Positions 38,668-51,100 of a stretch of 64,000 nucleotides of DNA are shown here, one piece after another. This DNA is from Stylophora pistillata (taxonomy: Eukaryota), in the NCBI RefSeq assembly GCF_002571385.2, contig NW_019218343.1, forward strand, positions 7,491-71,490, given 5' to 3'. The notes below the pieces were generated by a model. The model saw only the letters and a list, made by a program, of their open reading frames with translations. It did not search any database and had not been told where the DNA came from. A program made the translations under genes and the position numbers. Positions within the stretch are counted from its first letter, which is position 1. Every line of letters begins with the position of its first letter.

Positions 38668-39854
38668 TGACGTAAAAGTTATCAGACGAAGTGTGGTTTT
38701 TCGCTGACCTTAGCAGCTCGCAAATATCGACTAAGTTTCGTAGTCGACGGTATCGTTAATTAGATCTTCACACCTGCAGACTTAGCATATTTTTGGATAA
38801 AGAGCACTGAACTAAAAGGGGGAATTATAGTACCTGCTAAGAGTTCTAATCATGTTTGACAGGTTTGTCAGAACATTTCAAGAAAATCGTACTCTTGCAT
38901 AATGATAACAGCGACAAAGAGGACAGGAACGACAACGCTATGGTAGTTGTATTTGTCATAAGATTCGTTCAGATTTATTCGACAAATCATCTGGTATGTT
39001 AATCAGGTTGTGTAAACAAATTCCTGTATCTAACTAAACATGAAAACTTGTCTCCATCTTCCTTAATGCTATTCGGAACTAGACAAAAATTAGAACACTC
39101 CTCAGACATTGTAATAAAAAAAAGAAACAGGTTTAATCATCTAAAATAATGTTTGAAATTTGTTAAGCCTACTTTTGTTTTAATTAGCACCGTCAAGAAT
39201 TTCAAAAGCTGATGTTGCAACAACAACAAATTTAATATTTATATTGAGCATAATAAATGTAAAATATGATCAAATACGACCAACGAGTCCAAAAGAGTAA
39301 TTTTTTTTTTAATTCAGATCGAGATATATGGATAGTTTTCAAAACTCTATTCAGTTATAGTGATATCAGATACCAGGAGACTAAACCGAATTAAATGATT
39401 CCTGATGAATGATCGGCGCTAGAGAATTCGATTAAAATATTGAAGTCTTTGACTAGTTTGACGAAATAAGAGCAACAATGCTCGCGGTCGGTAAGCCACA
39501 GGTAGTCGAGGAGAGTAGTGGTTTAACGCATAACAGAAAATTTCAACTAAATCTATCTAGAATACAGCTGCAGTGCAAAAAAAAAAAAACTGACAGAATA
39601 GTAAGTAATTACTGTCGACAACGTGTGACTAATTATCCATATCATGTCGATAAGATAAGAAACGAGGTTTACATACAAAGGAAGATACATACAAACGCAG
39701 ATAATTATCAATCACTGAACTAATAGATTTTAAATTCATAAAAAAGGAAAAACTAGATATCAAAATACTTTAACTAAACGATTACAGCCAACTATAAAGT
39801 ATATTACTTCAGGTCTGTAAAATTACCAAGACTTTCGAGAAAGGGGCCTCTGGC

Positions 39855-39955
39855 TTGCTCGTCTGGGTGTGAGTAGACCCGGGTAGGACTGGAGAGGACT
39901 GATGTCGGTGTCGTGACTTCCGTTTCAACAAACTGAGCGGAAGTCATCATCAGTT
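39855..39955 (-). mobile_element. Old solo pLTR remnant related to the 20.7-22.7 kb Penelope element
   Basis: Diverged match to 20790-20875 (GGGTGTGAGTAG...GGACTG.TGTCGGTG...GTTTC.ACAA.CTG.GCGGAAGTCATCATCAG). Confidence 0.55.
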
Positions 39956-41149
39956 TCAAAACATGGAAGATCAGGAGAGACTAAAAGATCTAAGGAGGGA
40001 ATATTTAACTTATGGGTGTTTAGAAAGTTCGAAAGATTTTTTTTTCCTTCAAGGAAAAAACAAAATTTAAAATTATCATGTTCAGCAAAAGGCTCCCACG
40101 TCGCGAGATAAAACCGTCGCAGGTGTTACTCGAATCATAGATAATCAGGCATGCGCAACTCTTAAGTCTTCAACCAGCCAGCTGCACTGCACAAATAATT
40201 TTTCGGAAAAATATAATTAGAGATAAGTTTGTGATTTGCTTAGGTTGGCAGGATATACACAGACGGACTTGAGTCAATCACTCATTAACGTTTCACGTTT
40301 TTCACGTTATTGAGTCAACGGTTTTGAACATTTGGATGTCAGACGAAACATATTTTTAAAATAAAATTTATCGCTTTTTCGGGCAAAAAAAGCTCTCGTT
40401 AAGTATTCAGAAATGGGGAATAGTGTAATTATGAAATCGAGTCGGGGAGATATGCATATTCTATTCGAATCTTTTTAGATTTACCTTTTTTTTTTTTTTG
40501 TAGATGCTGGCAATTAATTTCTCAAATTCCAAGCAGGTTTGAAGTCTTAGTCGAGGGAGAGTGTTTGGTAGAAGTTTCTTTCACACTCTTTAACGATCTA
40601 CCTCCTAAATATGTATTAAAAAAAGTTGTTCAGAGAAGACCGTCTAAAGCGAAATGAATTAAGGCGAATCTCACCCTAGAAATGGGCAATTTCAGAAATA
40701 GTAAAAACTATAGTCATCCAGAGATATAAAGATGTAACAGACAGTTAAAGTGACGAGATAACATAAAGAGTGTTAAGGGGGAAATAAACAATCGGAGAAT
40801 GACGTGCACGAAACTAATCATGTTAAATGCGAAGCTCAGGATAATGAGACACAAAATTCATATTTTTGCAAGGAAATGACGGCCTTCAATTAAACCTTTT
40901 GTTTTTGCTGAGAGCGTTTTAACAACGCCTCTTATGTCTCCTTCCAATGAGAAAAACCCTGCGCAGATAAATCATACCTATCAGGAAAACGTTTCCCACG
41001 ATTTCACACGAAACGCGCCATCCTACGCAAACGGGCTTGAATCAAAGGTGGTTCGTACTATGCGAACAGACGATACATTCTTGCCGATGGCTAGTATTAA
41101 ATTTATTGCTAAATAAACATTTTTATCGGTTTCTCTGTCGTCCTGTTGT

Positions 41150-42124
41150 CTAATGACAATTACAACCCTTAATTGCAGCGTAAGCGTCGCTGATGACTTT
41201 CCGAACGGCGACTCGCTTCTCTCCGTGCCGCCAAAAATAAACAGCAAAGTTCAAAACTGCGTTCAACATCATTATTACCTCAATGAAACGCCAAACTATG
41301 GCACGAAGTACTGGGTCGACAACAATCGATTCTAAGACGAAGTAGTAGCCCATGGCTGGAGCAAAACATAAGATAAACATTGCTACTAATACGCCGAATG
41401 TTTTTGTAATTTTTCTCTCATGAACTCGTCTTCTTTCTTCTTCCGGGCTTGGATTTGGTCCGACAACGACACTTCTAAGACGACGAATACGAAAAATAAT
41501 CCTTACACAAGTGAAAAGTACAATTACACTGCTGAAAACTACTGACACGATTACCAGCGCCAGATAATCAATCATTCCTGTGAAAACACATACGCTTAAA
41601 AACACGCGAAATAGCGCGTATGTACCAAAAGCAATGACGATACGCTTTTTGGTCACCAATTGCAAATACCGCGCACCCTTAAGAATCGCTATGTAGCGAT
41701 CGATAGAGATAACAGCGATGTTCTGTAAAGTGCTATCGGCTACTAAGGTCACTATACCAGTGACGATATGTTCCAGTGAACAAGTTATCGAAGGACATAC
41801 CAGGAAGAATATAGCGTCTGATATGATCAGCGGCTGCATTACGACACCATTAAACAGGCCCACTGATGCCAAGCTTAGCAAGCACATGTTCAGAGGAGTT
41901 TGAAGAGCTGGTGTCTTGGCGTACGCTGCGATCCAGAGAGCGTTACCCATGACAGACACCACAGAAAGACCACAGGTTAGAATCACAACCAGCATCAGGA
42001 GTGGCCAGTATAGGAAACTCGGCTCAGAGCATGATGTTGAACCCGGATGCAAAGGCCAGGTACAGAGTGGCTTGCTGAAGTTCGGAACCGACATTTTGAT
42101 AGGAGTAGCGTTTAAATCACGCAT
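41150..42124 (-). CDS. Intronless class A GPCR, orphan (adenosine/amine-receptor-like), 324 aa
   Basis: GNAL (TM1), SIDRY (TM3), FILCFAP (TM6), NFAVY (variant NPxxY), seven hydrophobic segments. Confidence 0.88.
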   Translation of the reverse strand: MRDLNATPIKMSVPNFSKPLCTWPLHPGSTSCSEPSFLYWPLLMLVVILTCGLSVVSVMGNALWIAAYAKTPALQTPLNMCLLSLASVGLFNGVVMQPLIISDAIFFLVCPSITCSLEHIVTGIVTLVADSTLQNIAVISIDRYIAILKGARYLQLVTKKRIVIAFGTYALFRVFLSVCVFTGMIDYLALVIVSVVFSSVIVLFTCVRIIFRIRRLRSVVVGPNPSPEEERRRVHERKITKTFGVLVAMFILCFAPAMGYYFVLESIVVDPVLRAIVWRFIEVIMMLNAVLNFAVYFWRHGEKRVAVRKVISDAYAAIKGCNCH

Positions 42125-44437
42125 TGAAATCGTTTCTCAAAGTATGTTTGTTCTCTTACAAGAAACCACAAGTTCTTTGGGTCCAAGAGACCTTCTAAGC
42201 AATGCTTCGTTTGTTTGTGAGAAATGCCAGTTGTTACGTAACTGAAGGCCCTTGAAGTGATGTTTTGGATATTGAATACTGCATCAAGGAAGCAAAAAAA
42301 ATTAAATAAAAATAAATGTTTGTCTCTATAACGGCAACTAGAATTTAAAATGATTAGATCTACACAGAATTACATTTTAGGACAAGCATTCGAGGAAGGT
42401 AACACCCAAAAATAAATAAATAACTACATAAATAAATAAATAGAGAAACACTGTCGTTGCATGTCTGCGGTTTTCGTTGAAAAGCGAAGACATAGACAAA
42501 AATAAACCTTTATAAACTTGCTTGTTTTTTTGCTATTATTGATTTTCGTCAAAAATTCAAAGTTTCGGCTTGCAAAAAGACCAGGAGAAGGTTGTGTACT
42601 TCTGTTTAAATTGCCAAAATTATTTCGGAGTCAAATGTCATTACGAAACGCAAATAAAAACATGTTTGTGGGAAATAAGTTTCAATGATGGTATTACCTG
42701 GAAAAAACCCTTTTCAGAATTCATGTGCTGGTCAGCTCTCTCAAAAATACCAAGTAAATCTTCCTCCAATTCCTGACCGGGTACAGCAAGTGAAAGGACG
42801 CCAAAAACCTCACCGAAGGATATAATCCACCCACAGAAGACCCCTAATATTCATGTTTCTAAGGGAAGGCAACTTCTGTTTTATTCAAATTCTGTTTCGT
42901 GCAAAACCGGATCCCTGCAAAAGAGGCTTTTGTGTTCTAAACTTTCACCTGTGTTGAGTACATGTATGGAAACTTTTAAAATAGAATTTAAATGCTTTTC
43001 GACACTTCGATAAGTCGCTCAAAGATCTCAAGTGCGGCGCGCAGAGTTCGGCAAAATTCTGAGCTTTTAATTTAAGATTATAGACAGAATTATAATCGTC
43101 ACAAACCACGTAATTTCGTGGCTCCAAATACTAACAGTTGTACTGTTCTTTTGTGCGCAGATCTTTTACATTTGCCTACGTAAAAACATACATACATCCG
43201 TTCATCTCATTCATGTCCAGTAACACTCGGTCGCCAAATAATTAACATAAGTCCTTCGGCTGATTGACTTTGCCCGAAATAATCAGACTCCCGATATTTT
43301 GCGGGGACTCTTTGGACGTTACAGAGAATATGGATCGCATTAAATTCTGTTGATATCATTCATCAATGCCTCGCTAGCAACATGTTCTAACAGCCTTAAA
43401 TTGAACTTTAGACACTATGAAATACAAGTTTCGAATAATTACTCTAAGAAGTAAAACAAAACTGTAATTTGAAATCAATCGCATTTACTAGGTTTATCTA
43501 AAATGCGTTCGTTATTCGTATTACATATTACAGACTTGGTCAACAGTAGAATTCTTTGTTAATACATGTACTTCAGAGCTAAATTGTTCATACTCATCGT
43601 AGCTACGAGATAAACGTGTTAATGATACATACAAGAAATTATATCAAAACATTTTGCTGAGTTTATTCTAACAGCTTCACTTGAATGACAACAATATGAT
43701 TTGATGCTCACTACACGTTGTATTTTAACGTCGGAAGGCGACAATAAAATCGAGAATTAAGTTACTTCTTGTTATATGTTGGTCTACCTGTGCCCTTTTT
43801 ACCATATAAGGAAAACTTCGTGGTGAGCTCGAGCGAGCAATAACTGAGAACGACTAACCATCACTGTTACTGTGTTTAGTGGTAGTTTATTTAATGTTAC
43901 ACTTTCGAATATATTACACTTCTCGTTATTTCATGAAAAGCATGTCGAGGTAATACATAGTTGCAATCAAAATGTTTCGTGTCTATTTAACAAATTATAA
44001 CTAATTGTGGTTTTTAGCGTTGGTCTGTTCACTTATCGACAACGACATTCGTCATCAGTCATCGAAATGTTGCAGACCACAACTTTCTGATCACTTTGAT
44101 GAAAAATATGAGTACAGACCATATATGATATGATATAAGTACAGACCACGCTAAAGCACTGGCGATTTGTTCTTTTATGACGATATGGACGCCACACTGT
44201 TTAGGCCGACCAGCGGCCGAATGAACGAATTGCGAACTGGTATAATCACGGTATCTCTTGTCGATGCAGTGGATGGAAGAGCAAATTAACGGCAATATAA
44301 AAAAAATAATAGTTATAATGCAAAAAAATAAAAAGACAACAATGAAACAAATGGGAAAGCATGTCAATCAACAGCTTAAGATGAATTGGAGGGCACTCAT
44401 ACATGAAGTCGAACAAAAATAAATCGAACAAAAAATT

Positions 44438-46171
44438 TTACTTTTTGCGTGTCGCACAAAACGAGCAGAACTCTCCTGATATAATTGAGCATAAGTCTAC
44501 AGACTCATTGACATTCCAGCAAACCACTTGATTCCATTCGCCATCATGGTCAAACACATCCATCTCCACTATTTCAGTACTGTTGTTTTCCCCCGATTCC
44601 GAGTCTTTCTTAAAAAGGGAGCAGTTTAGATACTTCAGGATGGAGAACGTCTTCGGAAACACTATACAGTCATCCTTTTTTCCTTTAGGCTGAACTGAAA
44701 TGCCAAATTTACTCCTTCGCATGAAATTCTTGAAATCCTCTCTTTCCATGATATGCCAAATCAACAAAAAATTGTTATAAACGCCACGTTTAGAATCTTT
44801 CTCTACCAGTTTCTCCATCACGGGGACTTGGTACGTTCCATCCTTTAAGGGTATTTTAAGACGCTCGATTGCCTCGATTTGGGACAAAATGTGCTCTCTT
44901 CCCTCATCGGTGTCTCTTACCATGAGAAGAAGTTCAATAAGGGTAAAAACCTGATCCTCGATGGCCTCCGGTTGCTTAAAAACTGGTTTACTGAAAGATT
45001 TACGTGGGTTCAACAAATTAGATCTCTGGAACAGGGCTGGCTCAGCAGATTGGGGGTGCAGAGAGTATTCCATAGAAACCAGTAGAGGATGTTGCATCGG
45101 TAGGTCAGAGCTGGTTTTTTCACTTTTCAAAGTTTCCAAATCCTTCCTGATCAATTCAAGGATCTCTAGGGTCTTTTGGCCAAGTTGGTGAAGCTCCCAT
45201 TTCTCCTCGCTTTCCATCAGAACGTTCAAGAACAAGGTCTTTAGCGTGTAGGTTCCAATGACTGCTTTGTATTCCATCGTGTACAGGTCCAGTTGAGACT
45301 CAAGGAAAGTTTGAATAAGATACTTCAAAACACGATAGCAACGTTTTTCGACCGAGTCGAGCGGGAGAGAGCTAAGCTTCGATAACTCCCATGTGGACTC
45401 TGATCTTCGTGAGCACGAGATCGTATTGATCGACCAGAAATCGAAGAGAAGTTGCAGAGGTTCAGAGTTCGGTGCACTATGGGGAATCTGGATGGCAAAG
45501 CAAATGTCCACTGACACAAACCTTTCTGAACCCTCAGCATCAGTAAACTTAAGGATTTGGAGGTATGTTCTACCTGAGGGGTATTTCAATCGGGCCACAT
45601 GTTGCCACATGGTGAATTTCTTAACCTGTGACTGCAATGATCGATGAATCGCTTCAGACACCATGGCGGAGATTTCATCTCTCCAAGGACTCTTGCCATC
45701 TTTAAAAATTAGTTGATTACTCCTCCTTTGTTCGTTTTCCTCTTGATCGCACCAATCAGGGCAAAGAATGTCTTCCATGAAACAGAGCTCCTTCATGTTC
45801 AAAACAAGCTTAGTCGACTGAATGTTCATGTCATAATTATCTGCACAAAAAGGTTTACCATCTTTCCACACCAATTGTTCTTGCAATTCAGTTAAAATAA
45901 AAACGTAGTCAAATTCATCCGCTTGTCCAATCTTAGTACCTTCCACCATACTCCCCCCCTGTTGGACAACAGCTTTGTGAAACAAACGGTACTTACCAGA
46001 AAGGTCCAGTAACGTACCTTGTATGATTTGGTTCAGCTCTTCTCGGATAATTTGAGAGTTTTCACCGTCTGGAAAGTTTGCTTTTGTGTCAGCGAGCCCC
46101 GTTAAGAAAAGGTCAAGCTGATTTGGGCAAGCCATGGTTACGGAGTCTTCACAAGGTATTTTTGAAGCCAT
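44438..46171 (-). CDS. cGAS-like receptor (cGLR; Mab21-fold nucleotidyltransferase), 577 aa, single coding exon
   Basis: GGSMVEGTKIGQADEFDYVF matches the hGS..EG.K....EhD signature (G73-S74, E86, D88). The third carboxylate is in VSVDICFAI (D222). Mab21 C-lobe motifs: RRSESTWE (WRLSFSxxE-like), KRCYRVLKYL, TYTLKTLFL (SYHLKT-like), W...LG, and NLL. Confidence 0.9.
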   Translation of the reverse strand: MASKIPCEDSVTMACPNQLDLFLTGLADTKANFPDGENSQIIREELNQIIQGTLLDLSGKYRLFHKAVVQQGGSMVEGTKIGQADEFDYVFILTELQEQLVWKDGKPFCADNYDMNIQSTKLVLNMKELCFMEDILCPDWCDQEENEQRRSNQLIFKDGKSPWRDEISAMVSEAIHRSLQSQVKKFTMWQHVARLKYPSGRTYLQILKFTDAEGSERFVSVDICFAIQIPHSAPNSEPLQLLFDFWSINTISCSRRSESTWELSKLSSLPLDSVEKRCYRVLKYLIQTFLESQLDLYTMEYKAVIGTYTLKTLFLNVLMESEEKWELHQLGQKTLEILELIRKDLETLKSEKTSSDLPMQHPLLVSMEYSLHPQSAEPALFQRSNLLNPRKSFSKPVFKQPEAIEDQVFTLIELLLMVRDTDEGREHILSQIEAIERLKIPLKDGTYQVPVMEKLVEKDSKRGVYNNFLLIWHIMEREDFKNFMRRSKFGISVQPKGKKDDCIVFPKTFSILKYLNCSLFKKDSESGENNSTEIVEMDVFDHDGEWNQVVCWNVNESVDLCSIISGEFCSFCATRKK

Positions 46172-46296
46172 TCTACACTGAATCGTCAGATCTAAAATAA
46201 ATTTGAATCGATAGCTTTACCTCTTGATCTTGTAATTTTAAAATTCAAACCTTTAATTCAGCCTGATAATTCCCTCGCAATTTAAAAACCGAAAGA

Positions 46297-46470
46297 AAGA
46301 ATCATCTTCACGAATCATCACTCATATGTTCAAGAATCATCACTCATATGTTTCATATGTTTGTTGTTGTTCGAAAGAAAGTTGTTGTTGTTCGAATCAT
46401 CACTCATATATTCAAGAATCATCACTCATATGTTTCATATGTTTGTTGTTGTTCGAAAGAAAGAAGTTGT
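46297..46470. repeat. Imperfect tandem repeats just upstream of the cGLR start
   Basis: GAATCATCACTCATAT occurs four times, and TTTCATATGTTTGTTGTTGTTCGAAAGAAAG twice. Confidence 0.8.
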
Positions 46471-47148
46471 CAAAAATACAAGATACAATCATTCTAAACA
46501 TTATATTGAAAAGGAAAACCTCATAAACATTTACTTTCCACGCACATAAACATACGCTTACTACTAAACTAGTTTCGTCTACCGACCTCTTCAGTTGTTT
46601 GCAATTGCGATGTATTGTTAAAAAATTCAAATCTCAGGTGAATTCATATAACATTGCACGAGGAATAACCTGGTATCTAGTTAAAGAAAGACGCTAAAGT
46701 AAAACTGATAAAACAATAACAGCGGTAAAGTAAAACTGATAAAACAAGAAGTGTAAAAAATAACAGCAGACTAGAATTCGGTTTCACTGTGCAATAGTCA
46801 TGTGATAAAGTGAAAAAAAAGAAAAAACAGTAAGAAAACGACGAAAGTAAAAAGCATTCCAATAGCACGTTTTTACCACACAAAACCTAAGGTTGTGTCA
46901 GGTCACTGAGAAAAAAAGGGTGAGAAAGGTAGAAAAACGAATCATTTTCTTTTCTAATTTCCTTCCGTTTACTCGATATTCGTTTTCCATCTTCCAGCCC
47001 TTCTCTTCCAATGGTGGAACAGTTAGAGGACTTTTTCAACGGAGAATCCATAAAAGTCAGAAATAAGTATCTCAGTTTGTAAAGAAAACCTTGAATCAGT
47101 GCCACATGTCCCTTTAGTAAAATTCTGCCACAAGAAAACTACTTCTAT

Positions 47149-47449
47149 AGGGTGTGGACAAAACCTGGCCTAGGCCATGGCCTACCCTGTGGCCTACCCT
47201 GTGGCCTACCCTGTGGCCTACCCTATGGCCTACCGGTGGTCAGATTTTTAAANTCGTTGGTAAGACAGTACTCAGGAAAACGTTGAAAGGTTTCCAGCAA
47301 TGCTATCCTTTTAAAAATCTGACCACCGGTAGGCCATAGGGTAGGCCACAGGGTGGGCCACAGGGTAGGCCATAGGGTAGGCCATAGGGTAGGCCACAGG
47401 GGACGCCACAGGGTAGGCCATGGCCTAGGCCAGGTTTTGTCCACACCCC
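47149..47449. mobile_element. Foldback/MITE-like palindrome with subterminal 12-bp tandem repeats (TGGCCTACCCTR)
   Basis: Arms at about 47149-47252 and 47309-47449 are reverse complements (GGGTGTGGACAAAACCTGGCCTAGGCCATGG...). The left arm has about 4-5 repeat units and the right arm about 7-8. Confidence 0.85.
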
Positions 47450-48159
47450 TTGTATAACGTACGTCACGTTCTGAACAATGAACTGTCGCTATACACTTGT
47501 CTCCGCGATCGACTTTTTGCTGAGTGATTACGGTGCTTAACAGAACTTGACACAATTCAGAATTTGAAAACGGCTCATATTCATTTCATCTCTTTCGCTC
47601 CCTTGATCTCTGTCAACAAATTTGAAGTTTAACAAATACTTTCGGAAGGCATTCAAGCTGCTTGCAAACGACAATTTGTTCTATGCATCAGTTGAGGTTT
47701 CTACCTCGAAAAGCCAAGCTCCGAACAATATATTTTTAAAGATTTTTTGCAGACCCTACCTTAACGTTTCTATATGATTGATGTATACCTCGTCAACTCT
47801 TGCTGTGTTCCTTTTGTTGCTTGAAACCGAAATTGATCAGTCTCAAGTCCGTTTGATGACATTGACCGTCAAAACTTATTGCTGCGTTGCGATACTTCGC
47901 CTCATTTCGCCACAGCGGACTTCACAGCTTACCACTAATCAGCAAATTGTTGGCTCTGATGTCGTTTCACTCAAAAGCGACCGTATAGTTCGCCTCAAGA
48001 TCACGTAGGATCTTTCCTTGTTGTTAAATTATTACTTCCGTACTGCGCGTGACAAGTCTATGCGCTCTACTCGGCTCCAAGCTCCCACAAACCATACGTA
48101 ACACCTTCACCAACACAATGTCACGCAACACTTCATCTTCTTATGGCGGGAATAATTAA

Positions 48160-51100
48160 ATGGCGACCAATTCGATAAGCTTGAAGTTTTTGCCTCGTCC
48201 TCTGCGAAGAGCTTTGCTTGATTTTCAAAAAGAGGGTGTTCGATTTGGAATAAGAAAACAAGGAAGGTAAAACAACCAATGAAGTTTATGAAAACCCAAT
48301 GCATATCTTAAAATGATTCAATGTTATTGCTTGTACTGAACTGTCCCGCATGAAATTATGCGTCCTAATTTAAACTGATTTAAATTACGAATATATTTTA
48401 TATAAATGTGCTTGTTAGCTTACACCGAAACTCATTTTGATTTGTGTTTATTTTTCCGTGGCTATTCACATTACAGATGTCTGATTGGAGACGAGGTATG
48501 TTCGAGTACTTTTGCTTCAAATGATGAATTAAATTGATCCCTTGTTCCATACAAATGAATCAATTACCTTGTAAATAATTAGGCGAGGGTATGCAAAAGG
48601 CTTCTTACAATTTCGATTCATCGACTGATCAAGAGTTAGATACTCTCTACAACTTCAATTCTTTGTCAAACAGATAGATTTGACAATCAAGAAATTTGCC
48701 AAGGGGACATAATTTATAGTTGGAATCAAACACTAAATTGTCTTTGCTAAAATATAGTTAGCCTTCTAACTCCTGTTAGTGACTAAGGCAGAATTTCTCC
48801 CTACGTTAGCCATACAATGTCAAGCAGAAAAGTGTTGAGAAAAAAAAAAGGGATAAGTAGTTAATCCAGTGCCAAATTCTCCAAACTAACATCACAACAA
48901 CTGTATGGCAGACAGTAAGAAGAATTATTAGGGATATCTTGGAAATGAAAGGACAGCTGATTTAAATCCATAACTGTGATTATGTCATAATATAAATTTG
49001 TGCAGATGGGACTAGGGAAAACCCTTCAAGCAATCAGTATCGCATATTATTACAAAGATGCCTGGCCACTGTTGATTGTGGTGCCATCCTCTGTCAAGTT
49101 CTCCTGGATTGATGAGATTGAGAAATGGCTGCCTGAGTTTGAACCACATGATTTGAATCTCATAAGATCAGGCTGCGATATCAGGTTTGTAATGAATGTT
49201 ATGTGAAGCAAGAAATGTCCCAGAAGCATTATGTTGTTTATTAGGTGACTCATCTGTCTTTAAAATTCATGAATGATAGAAGGATGAGAAATTCTGCTGC
49301 AGAAAAACTTCAAGGTTGTTATTAGAAAATGTAATAAGAAATTTTTTGGATGTATGATCTGAACTGAAAAGGCAGCTTAATTGAATTAAGCTTGTGTGAG
49401 GTCCATGACCCATGAGCACCCATGAGTGTATTTACCCATAAGCCCTTGCAGTAAAAAAGAAGAAGACCAGAGAATAAAGAAAGCACATGGTTCAATAGTT
49501 TCAAAGTTTATTCGGCGACTAAATGACAAAATTGGTGTTTCTGGACTTTTCGATTTTTCCACATGAAACGACGACCGTTTTCCCTTCTTTCAGCTGATTA
49601 GCCCTGCCAGAAACACCAATTTTGTTACTCGGTCACCGAATAAACTTTGAAACTATTGAACCATGTGCTTTCTTTATTCTCAGGTCTTCTTCTTTTTTAC
49701 TACAATGGCTTATGGGTAAATACACTCATGGGTGCTCATGGGTCACGGACCTCACACTTACTTTGCAAACAGGCGCATGTTGAAAGAAAATTTCCCTTCT
49801 AGGTGGGTTGGGAGGCATGCGCCCATGGGAAAAAATTAAAATAATTGAAACTCTCAGAGACAAGATTTCACGCATTCTGGGGCACTTTTGAGTACCTTTT
49901 GTAGCCACTCATTGCTTCTAGAATCAGTTAAAAAATATTTATTTTCTGTGGGTTTCCTACGGTCTGCCTTCTTTTGACAACCCTGAGAAAGACCTTGTTC
50001 CTATAGTCTTTCACCAAAATAATTTTTTTAAAAACATAAACAGCTAACTAACTGAAATAAACCAAGAAAACATACGAAAAAAAGAAAAAAGAAAGAATAA
50101 AACCTATTTAAATAAAAAGATCCTTTCTAAGAAGGTCTGTCCTGTAGTAAACAACTTTTAAAAATTAAATGTACATGTGCTTAAATCAGCACTTTTTAAT
50201 TTCTTTTTCAGTAACCTTGGAAAGGCCATGATTCATGTTGTGGGTTATGGTCTACTGAGCGTAGCAACCTCTAAGTTGTTGCTTGAAGCTCTGGAAAACC
50301 ATAAGTTGAATATTGTCATACTTGATGAATCACATTACTTAAAGAACAGGCAGTCAGTGCGCACAAAGCATCTGCTTCAAATCTGCAAGAAAGCCAAGCA
50401 TGCCATTCTGTTGAGTGGAACTCCTTCACTAGCTAGACCTAGGGAGGTTTGTGAAAGATGCTTTAGTTGGACTGTGAATGTATGAAAATCATATATGTGA
50501 ACTGCAGATTAAGAAATGAATATCAAAGTGATCTTAATTCCAATAATGAAAATTAATGGAAAGTTGTGAAATTAAAGGCCTGAAAGAAAATTCATGAATC
50601 CATGATATTGGTTCATAATAAACCTGTGAAGTGCTACATAAATGACTGTAAACATATGCCCCAGTTTGTCTGGTTGGCTGTTTTTACTTGACAACATAGC
50701 ATTGACATTTTCTTTCTTCTTTCAATGAATTAAGCTATTTCCTCAGCTGAACATTGTTTGTCCAGGCAAGTTTGGTTCCTTCAGTCATTTTGTTAAAAGA
50801 TACTGTGATGCACGGGATGTATTTTTCAGAGGGAAGAGGGGTTATGACACAAGGTAATGTTACCAATTAAGTGCACTGTATATCATCATGTAAAATTTTG
50901 CATTTTTAATGTTTTAATGTGTGACTTACAAATTCATTGATTACTTGATTGATTCATTAATTAAGATTGATTTAAATATGAAAGTGATCTTTGCAGTAAT
51001 GAACACTACTTAAGCAGTGTTGAAAATAAGGCCTGATAAAAAATTCATGCCTGAACATGATTTGAACCCACAACCTCTGTGATACCAGTGCAGTACTGGT

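Noticed and set aside
44438-46171. Bacterial CBASS/CD-NTase operon or horizontal transfer
   Set aside because: The motifs are of the animal Mab21/cGLR type, the flanks are spliced eukaryotic genes, and no Cap effector genes are adjacent.
47154-47555. ORFs with WPTL repeats; possible CRISPR-like array
   Set aside because: They are translations of a 12-bp tandem unit within a palindrome, with no unique spacers, in a eukaryotic context.
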